Source: Microbotryum violaceum (Eukaryota). Taken from it: a stretch of DNA of 64,000 nt. Shown here piece by piece: positions 51,995 to 64,000 of the stretch (position 1 is the first letter of the stretch; every line of letters begins with the position of its first letter). The stretch lies in contig CDLV01000014.1 of the NCBI GenBank assembly GCA_001244265.2, forward strand, positions 310,001 to 374,000. The letters are read 5' to 3'. The notes under the pieces are model-generated. The model was not told where the DNA came from. It saw only the letters and a list, made by a program, of their open reading frames with translations, and ran no database searches. The translations under genes were made by a program, and so were the position numbers.

Positions 51995-53870
51995 AGTAGC
52001 GAAGGTTTGTTCTTGAATGAGTGTCACTAAAATTGGATGAGAGTGGGAGGGAGAAAGGAAAGGCTCGAGGGAGTGGCGCAGGATTATTTACGTGGTTTGA
52101 TTCGTTGTTCAGCCCCTAATGCCGCTGGTCGACTGCCGGAATGACACTGACACCGCCGGCGCACCGCATCACGTGACAAACGCCAGCCCTCGCCTCGCAC
52201 GTCAGGCAGAGCTCTGCTGTAGAAGCAATATCATGCAAAGCCACGCGCTTGCGGTTCGTTAAATGAAATATGAGTGGAAGCATTGGTTTATGTCAGCGAA
52301 GAAAAGAAAGAAAATACTGGGAGCGCTGTAGCTTCGTTGGAACGGCGCGGAAAATACAAAAGTCACCACAGGCCTTGTACATGACTTCTGATCGGAACCC
52401 CGACACCACAGGCAGGTGCGGCAAACACAACAGTGTGCTGGTACATCCACCACAGGCGGTCCGGAGGGCCTCAACCGAGTTAAAAACAGCGATTTTAGGT
52501 ACATTCCTTAACTCACACTTTTTTTTTTACTAGTTAGGGTAATCGTCCCTTCTTTTATTAAGATCGTCCCTTCTTTTGTCTGCCCGAGGTGGCCCTGTCA
52601 TGACAGCACGTGGATCACGGTGATCCCACTTGCAGGCCTCTGAAAAGTCTCGGAGCTGGTCATGATTGCACATTTTGCTCTCACCAAAATGTGGTGGCGA
52701 CCGGCCTGGATCGGCGTTGACGTTGACGCGGACTCCGCACTGAGTAGTAGCGACAGATGACCCCTCGTTGTGGCCCGCGGACTCCGTTGGTAGGTCTTGA
52801 GTGGAACCACTTCATGTTTCACATGGGACCAGATTGATCAGCGTCAGATTCCACATGCTGTTCCGCTGAAGCTGCCGCTTAGATACTGAGAGTGGTTCAA
52901 CGGTGCCAGAATTTTGGCGTTAGACAGCCAATGATCGGACCAACTCCCGCGGAGATGCAGTGCCACGGATTTGAGGGATCTTGGAGTTCGCTCTGAGACA
53001 GCTCGGCGTGTTCGCGGCGGTGTACCCGTCACTGCGGTCACGTGAGTCTGCTCGGGCAGGGATAGGCTAGTGGTCTGTCAGGTTCGGGCAAGACTCAGGA
53101 ATTCAGGAGTCAGCCATCACCACCTCTGAATCGAAATTGACCATGGTGTCGTGTCGCCGCTCTATAGCTTTGAAAAGCATCGCCAATCGTTCTCTCTTGC
53201 GCCTCCCGAGTGCCGGCAAATTTATAGCTAACCAGATTACCTATCCATCTAAGGACTTCGTACACAAGCGGAGGCATCCGATCCCAGGATGACGATAAAA
53301 CTCGACGAGCTAATCATAGGGGGGTGCTTAAACACCCTGGTCGCGTATGAAGGCGCGCCATCCAGGAGTTGCATCCGAGCTGGCTTGAGAAACTATCGGA
53401 TCCTGTCTCACTCGCAGCTTGCAACGCACAACGGCCGCCGGTCCTCGCAAGCGTATAAAGCTTCATTTTTGGGGGGTCGCAGGTGTCTGGCCTGACCTTG
53501 TTTGTTTTTCTTGCTCACCGATTGACCAAAATGCAACGAAGAAAACACTTCCTTACGCACTTCGCTTTGTGCAAAGAGAAGATTGCTTAAGGCTGCCAGT
53601 ATGTGGCGGTAGCCCCAGCCGCATTAGCGATCGAGTCTTCAAAAGTGCTGGAACGCGTAGCCGCGTCCGCGGATAAATCCGAGTCTGGATTGAGCTCCTC
53701 GAACCTCTTGCTCTGCCGAGAACGCCTAACACCGGGGTCGCTTCCTTCTTACACCTGCCTTCAGTCTCTCCCGCGTCGTTGCGTCCCATTCGGACACTAG
53801 CAATCAGGCGGCTTCGCTCCACAAGGGGGCACTCCAACCTGACCTGTCTTCGACTGTGAGAGCTGCCGCC

Positions 53871-56800
53871 ATGTCGACAACGTCGTCGGACTCGACGGCG
53901 GCGCCTGAGCTCTCGGCGCGCAACGGCGATGGAAATGGCGTTGGCGTTGGCGAGGCTGCCGGGGGAAACGCGGCGATAGCTGCCACCGGCAACACGCCAG
54001 CTGCACCAAGCACCAGCAACAGCGCTGGGAGCACGAGCAGCAACAAACACAACTACGCGAGCCAGCTCGAAGGCGCGCGAGGATGGTTCAATGACGCATC
54101 TGAGGAAGGCGCTGCATCGCCTGAATACGCTGCCGATAATAAACGTCGGCGCAAGCGAAGGGTTAGTTCGAGTTTCTTCGACGCTCGAGTCTTGCAGGCG
54201 GCTCTGCTCAGTTCAGGCTCTCGCTAGCGAGGGGCGCGCGCCGGTCGGCTGTCGTATGTGTGTCTGTTTCGTGTAGCAAATGGCTAACGGGCGGCTTTTT
54301 TTTCTATGATCCCTGCTTGGCGGTGCCTTGCTCGTCTTGGTCGATCTTGATTCGGCAAATTCCAATGTCTTGACATGCTCAGCCCGTCACCTGTGCCCGT
54401 GAGTCTGATCGTTTCAAGCTTCTGGGCGGACTGGACCCTTTTAGTGGCGCCCGAAGCTAATCAACTGCTATCGAGGATCACTTTATAGAATGTCGTAAAC
54501 GGCAAGTCGGAACTCACCTTGACTTTAGGACTGCGCTGTATCTCTAGCCGGAAGGCATGCTTGACGGGCAGTAAAGCTAATCTCCGACATTTCTGACCGG
54601 CGTTGACAGCAAGCTCAAATGCGATCGTGGCTCACGATGTGGTGTAAGTCGAACCTCTCCCATCCAGATTTGGCTTTCGAGCTCCTTTATACCTCGCGCG
54701 CGGGGAGCTCGCGTATGTGTGTGCTCAGTCTTGCTCGATCATGCTTGGGTCATGCTACACGCATGATACAACAACTTTCTGGCAAAACCAGTGCTCCCTT
54801 AATATGAGCTCCACTGACCTCTGTTCTGTGGCTCCCCCCCGGCTCCCTGACATGCCTGCCCGCACCTATCTCGCTGATTCTGCGCCGCGCCACCCTCCGC
54901 ACCGCCCTCGTCAACGCACGCTCTTCTTCGCGTTCCCATGTTACCCCGCATGGCCGTCACAATAGGCTTGCCGAGATCGGCAGGAAGGTCATCTGTGCGA
55001 ATGGGAGGGAGCTGTCCGATTGCCGTGAGTTGACGGCGTTGCTGTGTGCGGAAGCTGAGCCGTTGGGCTCCCGCGGTCTCCGCTGGGCTCCGCTGACACG
55101 CTTTTGTCTTCATGGCGTGCAGCAATCCGGTTTATACTCGAGATCAGGAAGCACAGGATTTGAGGCATCAATTGGGTAGGCTTGAGGGGCTGCTCAACAT
55201 TCTGAGCGGGAGCGAAGGAGAGAAGCCGCGGGCCAATACCGAAGTCGCCGCTGCGCGTGCTCTCGGGATGCTATCCGTCCGTGTAACCCAAACCCTTTCT
55301 TGAGCGTCAATCGGCGATGAATCTTGTGTTTTGAAGTTGCTAATTCGATCTTGTTCGTTCGCATGCTTTACAGGGTACATTTAATGGCGGGAGCGCGGAC
55401 AATCGTAGGTCTGTGAACGTGGGTGTGGGGGCCGACGCGGTCGATCAGATCGCGCAGCTGTTGCCTGACCAGCACGAGGTACGCCCGCCTTCGGAAACGT
55501 CGCGCAGATCGGGTGGCATCGTATGCAGGATCACTGACAACGTCAAATCACCTTATTTGTAGCTCAATTTGGCCATCGAGCAATTCCTCTCCGACGTTGT
55601 ACCCTTTCTGCCCATCTGCCACGCCCCCTCCTTCAGCGCGCGCTTGCGCCAATTTGACGATAAGAATGCACTCGAGGATCCTTCGCTCCTCGCTATCGTG
55701 CTGGGGATTCTTGGCTTATACTCTAATAGCCAAGCTATCGAAGATGCATCACGGTCGAGGTTGTCCTCTTGTCGCGCTTTGCTGAACGGTGCGAAGACCG
55801 CCCTGAGGCTCGCACAGTAAGCACTTCGCTCGCGATGGGCGAACCTGTTTAGCTTTCGCAGTTGCTGATACTTCGACTGTCCGTACTGTCAGCTATGCTG
55901 TCGCTCCATCACTCGACTCGCTACGAGCACAGTTGATCATTCATCATCACGAAGTGTCGCAAGACTTGCCCGAGGCACCGTTCTCGCTCGATGCGATCAT
56001 TAGGTCAGCGCAGGTGAGTCAATCGCTCTTTACTACTGTCATCATATCAGACGTTGAGTGCCCGTTCCGCTATGAAAATTCCAGAACCTTGGTCTAGTAA
56101 GCCCCTTGCTCAAAATTTCGCAATTGACGCCGAACGACTCAACCCCCGGCGAAACCCTTGTTTGCCCCACAGCATTGCGATTCAAACTCCTACCGCCTGT
56201 TCGCATCGAGCTGGAGGAGAGACGGCGCATCTGGCACTACATCATCTCCGTCGACTGGGTGTGAGTCACGCGGGGTTGCCTGACAATTCATCCGCCCGGC
56301 TGACCCGTCCATCCTGTTTCGCAGCAGCAATGGCGGGCGAACCTGTACATGCAGTTCCTACCAATACGAAACCCGATTTCCAGCCAATGCTTTCGACGTC
56401 GACATCACCCACGATGCCGTAGGGCAACGCCCTATCGGAGCCGCGACTCCGACGCTGTACATATCTCATCTCGCCGAGATCGCCTCCGCTTCGCGAACCA
56501 TCACCGAACGGATCTTTGCCGTTCACACGCCGTTGCCTGTGACGTGGCATGTGATCCTACAGCTCAGCGAAGAGTTGAATCGGATTGAAGCGACATTCCC
56601 AGGGTCGTTCCTGCTCTAATGGAAGGGGGAGGTGGTTCGACCTTTGGACCCGCAGAGCGCGTCGCTCGATATGATTCGCATCAAGGTGCGCTTACAATTG
56701 CTCAGGCAGCACCTACGTTTCAACAGGGCATTATGAGTCAGGTCTGCACAAGCGTGGGATCGTTGCCAAATCTGTGGTGCTAAGCCCTTGCTCTGTTGCG

Positions 56801-57601
56801 GGCGTATCAGTTTGGTCCGGGGGCGCTCGGACCTTCGCTTCAAGGAAGGAAGCGCAAAATGTTGCTGGGCTGCGTGAGTCTCTTATCACACGCTTCATTT
56901 ATGCAAGGTTTTGGACTGACCACCAACGGAATCCGCCCTTTTGTCTAGACACCAGATTTTGTCCATATTCAGAGGCTACGAGCAGCACCCGAAGCTCTCT
57001 TCTTCCGCCGAAGTCACCCATCACGCCTTGAACGCCATCCTCGTACTTGCCGTTGATCTATTGCGTACGTCACAATACATCCCCACATTGTCCAGAGGAC
57101 CCCGAAGGACCTGGCAACGATTTCACGAGGCGGCAGCTGACGGCCTCGATTGCGATCCTCGAAGGTCGACAAACGCACCCCGTACCCTTCGAGCTCCAAC
57201 GTGAATGCACACGCGTCGCCTCCTACTTGATCCGCCAATCCTCTGGAGGACCCGAACGATCACGCAAGCGCATGACCCCAGGAGGATTCCCCCGTGCCGC
57301 CGGTTCCGAACACCCTTCAACGCATTTGGCCCCCATCCTCTCAGGTCCTACTTTGATGCGAGGGATAGAAATGCCTTTTACGGTTCCGATGCCGTTGACG
57401 ATCGCGTTGGATCCATTTGGGAGTCGAAGGGTGGCTTTGGTGTCCCCTTTGAACCAGAATGAGATGGCTGCGCTTTGGAATGGTTTGAGGCGCTGGAAGG
57501 GGATGTATGGACTTCCTGATCTCAGGGAGGTCGATGAATTGGTCAAGATCTCCATGGGTGGTCGGGCGTTTAGCGGAGGTATCGATTTATTACAATCCTG
57601 A
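53871..57601 (+). pseudogene. Zn(II)2Cys6 fungal transcription factor with middle-homology domain, carrying inactivating lesions
   Basis: Spliced cluster VTCAQCRKRKLKCDRGSRCGACRDRQEGHLCEW, LRHQLGRLEGLL coil, LGLHCD, ELEERRRIWHYIISVDW. In-frame TAA at 56617. Donor site ATGAGT at 56733. Confidence 0.75.
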
Positions 57602-57917
57602 GCGACAAACACCTTCAATCATGGATGGCACGATCCTCTTCACGGAGTCTCTCCATCAAGCTAATAATACAAAACAGCATACCCTCTGCAACGCAACCGC
57701 AACACCTCTCCTACCTTGTTTCGCTCGTTTCCGCACACTCCTCATCCAATATCTCTTCAAAATGTAAGATATATAGCATTCTTCACCTACATATACGAAC
57801 ATGATCCCCCTAACCCATGCTGCACGATCCGAAATCTTTGCCTAGAGAGAGGGAGGGAGGGATCTGACACCCCGGTCTCCGGGAGAAGGCGATCTATAAA
57901 TAACCCCAGCTCGACTC

Positions 57918-59831
57918 TCAATAGCCCAACACCCCTTTCCTCAACTCCCTCCCTCCCACCCTCAAATCCCTCATCGCTGCAGGAGTCTTGCACCAAAAAG
58001 CATCATCAGGGAGGTTCGCCCCTTTCCCCATTTCGAGGAGCCATTGATCATGACGATCGAATTGTTTGGGATGGCCGTAGACGAGTTGTTTACGATCTTC
58101 GGGTTCGGATTCAGGAACGCCGGGAAGTATTTGGAGTGGGGGATGAGAAGAGGACCAGTGGTGGGCTGTGAGGAGGGATTGGATTTGCGCGAGGGAGAAG
58201 GGGAGGACCTGGAATGTGGATCGGATGATAGGTTATCACGGGAGCTCAAGGGGCCAACATTCTGTGATGTATAGACGATCAGGACCTCAAACTCACCAGA
58301 TACGGGAGACCCACTAAAGCGAGCGTAGGATCGGGCAGATAGAACAAATCTCGGTCGTCGAGGTGGTGTACTCTCAGACCTCCTTCCGGCGCCTTGGTCA
58401 GAGGGTGAGTCGCGAAAGGCTCGTTGGAGGGGGAGCAGAAGGGGAATGCGAGGTAATAACCTGTTGCGAAGATACTGTACGAACGTGATAGAAACATAAT
58501 GGCTTCAGCTTCATGTCAAGTGTCTTTTGAGGAGACGCGACTGCTTCACTCACATAACATCGACGTCCTCGAGAATCGATTCATCGTCGAGCTCGATCCG
58601 GCTGCCCTCGATCTTCCTGATCGCAGGTACTTGAGCGACCTCGTTCCACCAGCCAGGTGCAGCATCAGCGTCGAAAGTACCATAGACGGGTGATATTGAT
58701 CTTGACGACTGATAAAGCCGTGGCAGAGCTGCTGAGGGATCCGCAGTCCGTCGTTCCGAGATGGACTCGGCGAGTTCACGAGCGACATCGAAGCCCGATG
58801 CTCCGTTGCCCACAACCAAGACCGTCTATACGAGGATTAAAGGGAGTTGGGTTATAATTTCAGTCGCCTCAAACTTGAAAGCGCGTTGTAGCTGACCTGA
58901 TTGGCAAACTCTTCAGCCTTTCGCCACCATTTTGAGTGCCACAGATCGCCGGTGAAGGTGTGCAGTCCTTCGACCGAGGGTACGTAAGGTTTAGAATAGT
59001 GTCCATTCGCTATTGCGACGAAATCATACTGTTCCGTCTGAAAAGAAAGATGTGAACATTTGGGAGAATGCATCAGCATCGGCTTTTCACCTTTCGCCTC
59101 GGACCCTCTCGGACATCGCCGTGGGATTTACCGTATGGACATTCTGGGACGAGACTTGAACGAGCCATCGCAGCTGTTCACCGCCATCTTCGGGGGCCGT
59201 GTACCTCAGAGAGGCGACCCGGTGGGATAATTTGATGTATTGAGAATATCCCGAGGCGACGTCGTGGAGATAGTCGGCGACATGGGACGCCGCGGGGAAT
59301 AGGGGCTGTGGGGGCCAGGAACGAGGAGAGAGAGGGAGAAAGGCATTTGCGGAAGTCAGCTATGCCGGAAGCTCACTTTGTGGTGAGGAAGACTGCTCAC
59401 CACATGATTTTTAAATGGTTGACCTCTGTATTGCATCAATGACTGGATGTAATGAATGCAAGGGTCAGTACTGAGCTCGTAATGGACCGAAGCCTGGCTG
59501 GAGTTGTCGAGCTTACCACGGGTATGTTGGCGCGTAATCCGGGATACATGGGTGTGAGATCATCTCCTTTGCTGCCTACGATCTTATCGAGCGATCCTTT
59601 AGAGTCGAAATGGAAGTGAGGTCGTCCCGGTTCGGGATCGAGGACCCAAGCACCGCCCGTCGAGTCCTTCGCCTCGTAAAGCGTCGGTACGAGGTCTTGC
59701 TCCAATGCGAGAGGGAGTAAGGAGAGGCCCGAAGCTCCCCCACCGATGATGCACACTTTCTTGCGGTTGAATGTTGGTTCGACTGGGATGGAAGATGTCG
59801 AAGGCGGGTGGGGTAAGGCGGTGAAGGTCAT
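57918..59831 (-). CDS. Flavin-containing monooxygenase (FMO1-like); multi-exon
   Basis: VCIIGGGASGL, GGAW, MYPGLRANIP, ANGHYSKPYVP, FTGDLWHSKWWR, VLVVGNGASGFD, IFATGY, C-terminus LRKGVLGY*. Confidence 0.9.
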
Positions 59832-60295
59832 CGCGGCGATAGTGAGTCTGTGCTGATTCCGGTAGCTGTAGAGCGTAGGTGGACGACGATAAAATGGAGC
59901 CTAGTGCTGAAAAGATCAAAAGTGCAATTCAATCAAGCTCTTGCGATCGGTGCGTGTCCTAGGTGCGGCGGAGGAGGGGTGCGATGGTGTGTGTCGAAAG
60001 CCAACCCTGTTCGGGAAGCGATGGGTCCGATTCGGACACTCGCTCGAGCCAATCTCCGAGCCGGTCGAGCCGCGCGCGCGGGATCGCACAAAGGCATTAC
60101 AGAACGAGCTAATCGGCACAAGCAACGATCGCTAGTGCCCGCCGATCGCGCCTTCCCGAGTCCCCCTGGCGCCCTGGCAGGCACCCTAGCTCCAGCAGTG
60201 CTCCAGCTGTTGTTGGCTCTGGTCTACTGCCTCGATCAAGGCCAAACCCCACTCTCACTCTTTCACTCCCTCATCCCACCGATTCGTCTAAAGCC

Positions 60296-63179
60296 ATGGA
60301 TGAAGCAGGTAAGATGCGCGGCTCAGCTCCCCTATCCTTCCCCACGTCCTGTTGCCCTCGGCGAGGTCGGTCAAGGCTACGTCAAGCCATGTCATGCCAA
60401 GCCGAACAAGTGCTCGCGCCCGCGCTGCGCTCCCCGGCTGATTCCCACCACCGGCGGGACCCCCGCCCGTCCACGAGCCCACTTCAACTTGAAATGGATG
60501 CATTACAACCGCCACTGACACTGTTCATCTCACTATCATCGTTCAGGATTCCATGCCCGTCGCAAAGGTCAGTTTTGGTTCCAACTTGGTCCCAATGGCT
60601 ACACGCGACCGGTCGTCTTGGGAGGCTGGGTGCCTTGCGCCTCGGCCTGATTGGCGCGAGCCTCGGCAGCATCGACCACAAACTTCGCAGAGTGATTCCA
60701 TCGTGCTGATCCCACATTCCTCATCTAAACCTTGCTATCCCACCTCTTCAGCCGACCGGGAGGCCAAAGCTGCCTTCCTCCGCGGCAAGTTGGGTGGCAT
60801 CAATGCCGTACAGCCGATGCAGGACGGTCAACAGAACGAGCAATCGGCCCTACCCGCCGCGCACGAGTACAATGAGGAGCTGCACGATCAGCACCCTGAG
60901 GCCTCCAGCGCCTATGCGATGCCGGGCTACAAACCGCCTACACACGCCACTGCTGCTGAACTTCCCGGGCCAGGCACACTCGCCCAACCGGCTCCGTTGC
61001 CCGAGTCCAACGCGAAGCGACGAATGTTGCCTCATTTGCAGATGATGTAAGTCGAGCAACCCCACACTCCGATCGATCGCTCGCCGAGAGAACTTCCTGA
61101 CTCGTCCGGTCTACCTCTCCAACATTAGGACCGGACCAATGCTTCGTTACGATACCGTCAAGGATGGTATCTACCACGCCTTCTTGATGATTGTCGTCGC
61201 AGCTTCGAACAGCGATACAGCGCCGTGAGTAACGCCTCTTGTCGCTCTGTGGAGGTGGCTCCGAGCTAAGCCCAGAAATGCGGTGATGACCACAGGATTC
61301 CGCCCTGCCTTTTGCTCGAATGGGATGCTTCAGCTCAACACATCGGCTTTGAGCATCAGTTCGAGCACCTCACCCTCTCGGAGCAGGAGAAGGAAGAGAA
61401 AGTGAACCGTCGCGCCGTCGCGGGTCTCAAAATCTTCACCTACTACGGCCTCAATGGCGCGAATGACTTTTGGAGGTTCAAAATCGAGGTCCCTTTGAGT
61501 GATCGGGAGGAGGAAATCTTTTACTCCATCAACGTAAGCTTTTCGTCTTTTTCTTCGTGATTACGAATGCTTTTCCTGACCTCATGTTCTGTCCATGTCG
61601 CGAATGTAGAAAGGGCCCGAAAACTCGTTCTTCGTCCCGGCAAGAAACCAAAACATGCGATGGGTCGGACACTCGTGCAATGGCTTCAGTAGTGGAGTTG
61701 ACACGGCGGCGTTCAATGGTCCGGATCCTCTGTGGCGCGATGTCCTCCGCAAGCACGAGGAGAAGCCCCTTCACGTGCTCATCGGTGGCGGTGACCAGCT
61801 TTACTGCGACCCTTTGACGATGGAGCCCGAGATCGCACCTTGGATCAACGAGCCTGATCCGGAGAAGAAGCGCAAGGCCCCCTTGACCGAAGACATCCGC
61901 CTCGCCTTGGACAGGTTCTTCTTCAACAAGTACTGCAGCTGGTTCCGCTCCGGCGCGTTCGGGCAAGCGATTGCCCGCATCCCCATGCACAACATCTGCG
62001 ACGATCACGACATCATCGATGGCTTTGGCTCGTACGACGACGCGACGCAAGCGTGCCCCATTTTCAGCACGATTGGTGCGCGAGGCATGTTTTGGTTCTT
62101 GCTCTTCCAGCAGTTCATCGTCGACGAAATTGATGGGCTGCCGACGACGTTTGGTCAGCACCCGTCGAAGAGCACCATCATTGGAGGTCCGGGAGCTTGG
62201 ATCCCTACCCCTTCACATTCATTCTTGAGCTACTTGGGTCCCCAGGTCTACATTTGCTTGCTCGACTGTCGCTCCGAGAGGAAGAAGGACCAGATCTGTT
62301 CGAGGCTGACGTACGATCGCGTGTTTGCCGAGTTGAGGGCGCTGCCGGATGAGGTGGATCATCTGGTCATGCTGCTTGGTCAGTCGATTCACACGGATTC
62401 TTTGGCACCGCGTGTCCGTGGCTGACCGCGACTCTGCCTTTGTATCCTCAAACAGGTGTGCCAATTCTCTACCCGCGTATGGGCTTGATCGAAAAGACGC
62501 TCGAGTCCAAATGGAACCCGATGACCCTGGCCGCCAAGATGGGCCTGATGCCGAGCGCGGTCAACAAGTTCAACAAGGACGCCGAGTTGCTCGACGACTT
62601 GAACGATCATTGGTGCGCGTCGCTGCACAAGACCGAACGCAACTGGTTCATCGAGGTGAGCGCTCATTCATTCCGAATACGTCTCCCCGCGAGAGAAACT
62701 GACCATTTCGCGATTGTTTCGGCGTTGCACAGGAACTGCAAAAAATCCAACTCGACCGTCGGATGCGAGTGACGTTCCTCTCTGGTGACGTGCACGCGAC
62801 GTGCGTGTCCAAGCTCTTCACGCACAGCAAGAAGATCGAACCCCGTGTTGATCCACGCTACATGCTTCAGATCGTCTCCTCGGCGATCGTCAATACCCCT
62901 CCTCCTCCACCCGTCATTACGATGGTTAGCACCTTTGGGAAGAAGAAGCACAAGACCCTGCATCACGCCGACACGGACGAGGAATTGATCCCGATCTTTG
63001 AGACCGATACGGACGATTCCAAGTTGAAGCAGAACACGGTGATGGGGAGACGTAATTACGTTTTGGTCGACCATCATCTCGAGAGCGGGGAGTTGGGGTG
63101 GTTGATCCAGGTGGAGGTTAAGCAGGGGTCCGGTACGACCAAGGCTTATGGAATTCAGGCACCGCCGCCGGGTTGGTGA
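60296..63179 (+). CDS. PhoD-like metallophosphatase family protein; multi-exon
   Basis: GHSCNGFS, LWRDVL..HVLIGGGDQLYCD, NICDDHDIIDGFGSY, LDCRSER, LLDDLNDHW, RVTFLSGDVH, IVSSAIVNTPPP. Confidence 0.85.
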
Positions 63180-63948
63180 TCGGAAGACGAAGGGAGTGGG
63201 AAAAGCGTAACTTTGTCACTTTGGGAAGAGAGGTGTTACCCAGCACGGATTCTGTTGTCACTCCTGCGGGAGCTGGAAGTCTGTTTCTTGTCGTGCTTGG
63301 CCTTTTACCTGGACCTTGGTTATTATGTTCTGTTACCACCTGGTTTTACACCTTCCTCTCCCCTCAAACCCAAAGATAGGGGCTCGCTCCTCGATGTGCT
63401 CGCTCGGACCTGCAACCCAAAGTGGACAATCGAAAATGTTATTCCAATCCCAAAAGCTCCTGAGAACTTTTGGCTAATTCGATGGATCGGGCTGGTCATG
63501 ACACTTTATTCCACAATTCGTGAGCACCCAGAGTGCTAGGCGGGGTCGCTTTGCCGGAAGCGAGCAAGTTAAGCCGAGATCGCGTTGGCGTATGTGCCTC
63601 GAGGCGGCTGGGAAAGGTCGACTTCGCAGCCGAGGGCGTCACGAGGCTCTGCTGGCTTGCTTCACTTGTCGTCACTTGCTCGCGGGAACGGTTCTCCCCG
63701 CCCCTCCCACACACTTACGAGGCAACCGAGGCCAAGGACAGGCTTTTGATCCACAGGACAATCTTCGTGGACTCGGTACATCGTAGCACATCTTCGACAG
63801 ACCGCTTGTCCCGCTCGCGAGGACCCGTCACCCGTTCGCCAACCACCAGCACCAGCCGAGCTTTCACCACTCGAAGCCTTTCGGGACACTTGCTCCGATC
63901 TGTTCCTTTTTGCTCTCCTACCTCAATACCTCAACTAGTGGTCAAAAG

Positions 63949-64000
63949 ATGACCTCCCTCATCTCGGCGGTGAACTGGATCCCGCGCGGTGCCGCAGCGC
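63949..64000 (+). CDS. PWP1: 5' end of periodic tryptophan protein 1 (runs off the window)
   Basis: MTSLISAVNWIPRGAAA matches the conserved PWP1 N-terminus (IS..W(I/V)PRG.A). Only 17 codons are visible. Confidence 0.65.
   Translation, partial: MTSLISAVNWIPRGAAA

Larger units (their letters stand above)
46350..52563 (-). mobile_element. Helitron (defective); termini are candidates only
   Basis: Contains RepHel. Candidate 5' end A^TCTTAATAAAAG at 52563 (minus strand). Candidate 3' end CTAG^T at 46350, with a palindromic hairpin at 46377-46405. Confidence 0.5.

Noticed and set aside
52534-52539. Telomeric TTAGGG
   Set aside because: Single copy, not an array.
20432-59831. Secondary-metabolite cluster from the two flavin monooxygenases
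   Set aside because: They are about 35 kb apart, separated by housekeeping genes, with no backbone synthase in the window.
1-64000. CRISPR arrays, rRNA, tRNA, and the many antisense or overlapping ORFs in the track
   Set aside because: No repeat-spacer array or recognisable RNA gene was seen. The shadow ORFs are explained by high GC content and overlap with real exons.

Overview
Intron-rich, GC-rich fungal genomic DNA, most likely a basidiomycete yeast (Pucciniomycotina/Microbotryomycetes-like; inferred from gene content and intron style, not proven). About 19 apparently intact spliced protein-coding genes: a single-pass membrane protein, CMR1/WDR76, an Rco1-like double-PHD protein, COG1, an Fmp25-like RCC1 protein, a protein with a SERTA-like motif, a Baeyer-Villiger monooxygenase, a TEA-domain transcription factor, glutaminyl cyclase, CAC1 and RFC2 head-to-head, Sam37/metaxin, LIN1, SLT11, a hypothetical protein, an FMO, a PhoD-like protein and the start of PWP1. 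Two mobile regions stand out. (1) A 2,073-bp DNA transposon at 29991-32063 with 29-bp TIRs, an exact 8-bp target duplication, subterminal repeats and a decayed spliced cargo ORF with a SWIM-like CxC..CxH motif. (2) An eroded island of about 11 kb (46.3-57.6 kb) containing a truncated Helitron RepHel, a spliced gene fragment and a Zn2Cys6 transcription factor gene with inactivating lesions. Coordinates are whole-gene spans including introns, and exon structures were inferred by eye.
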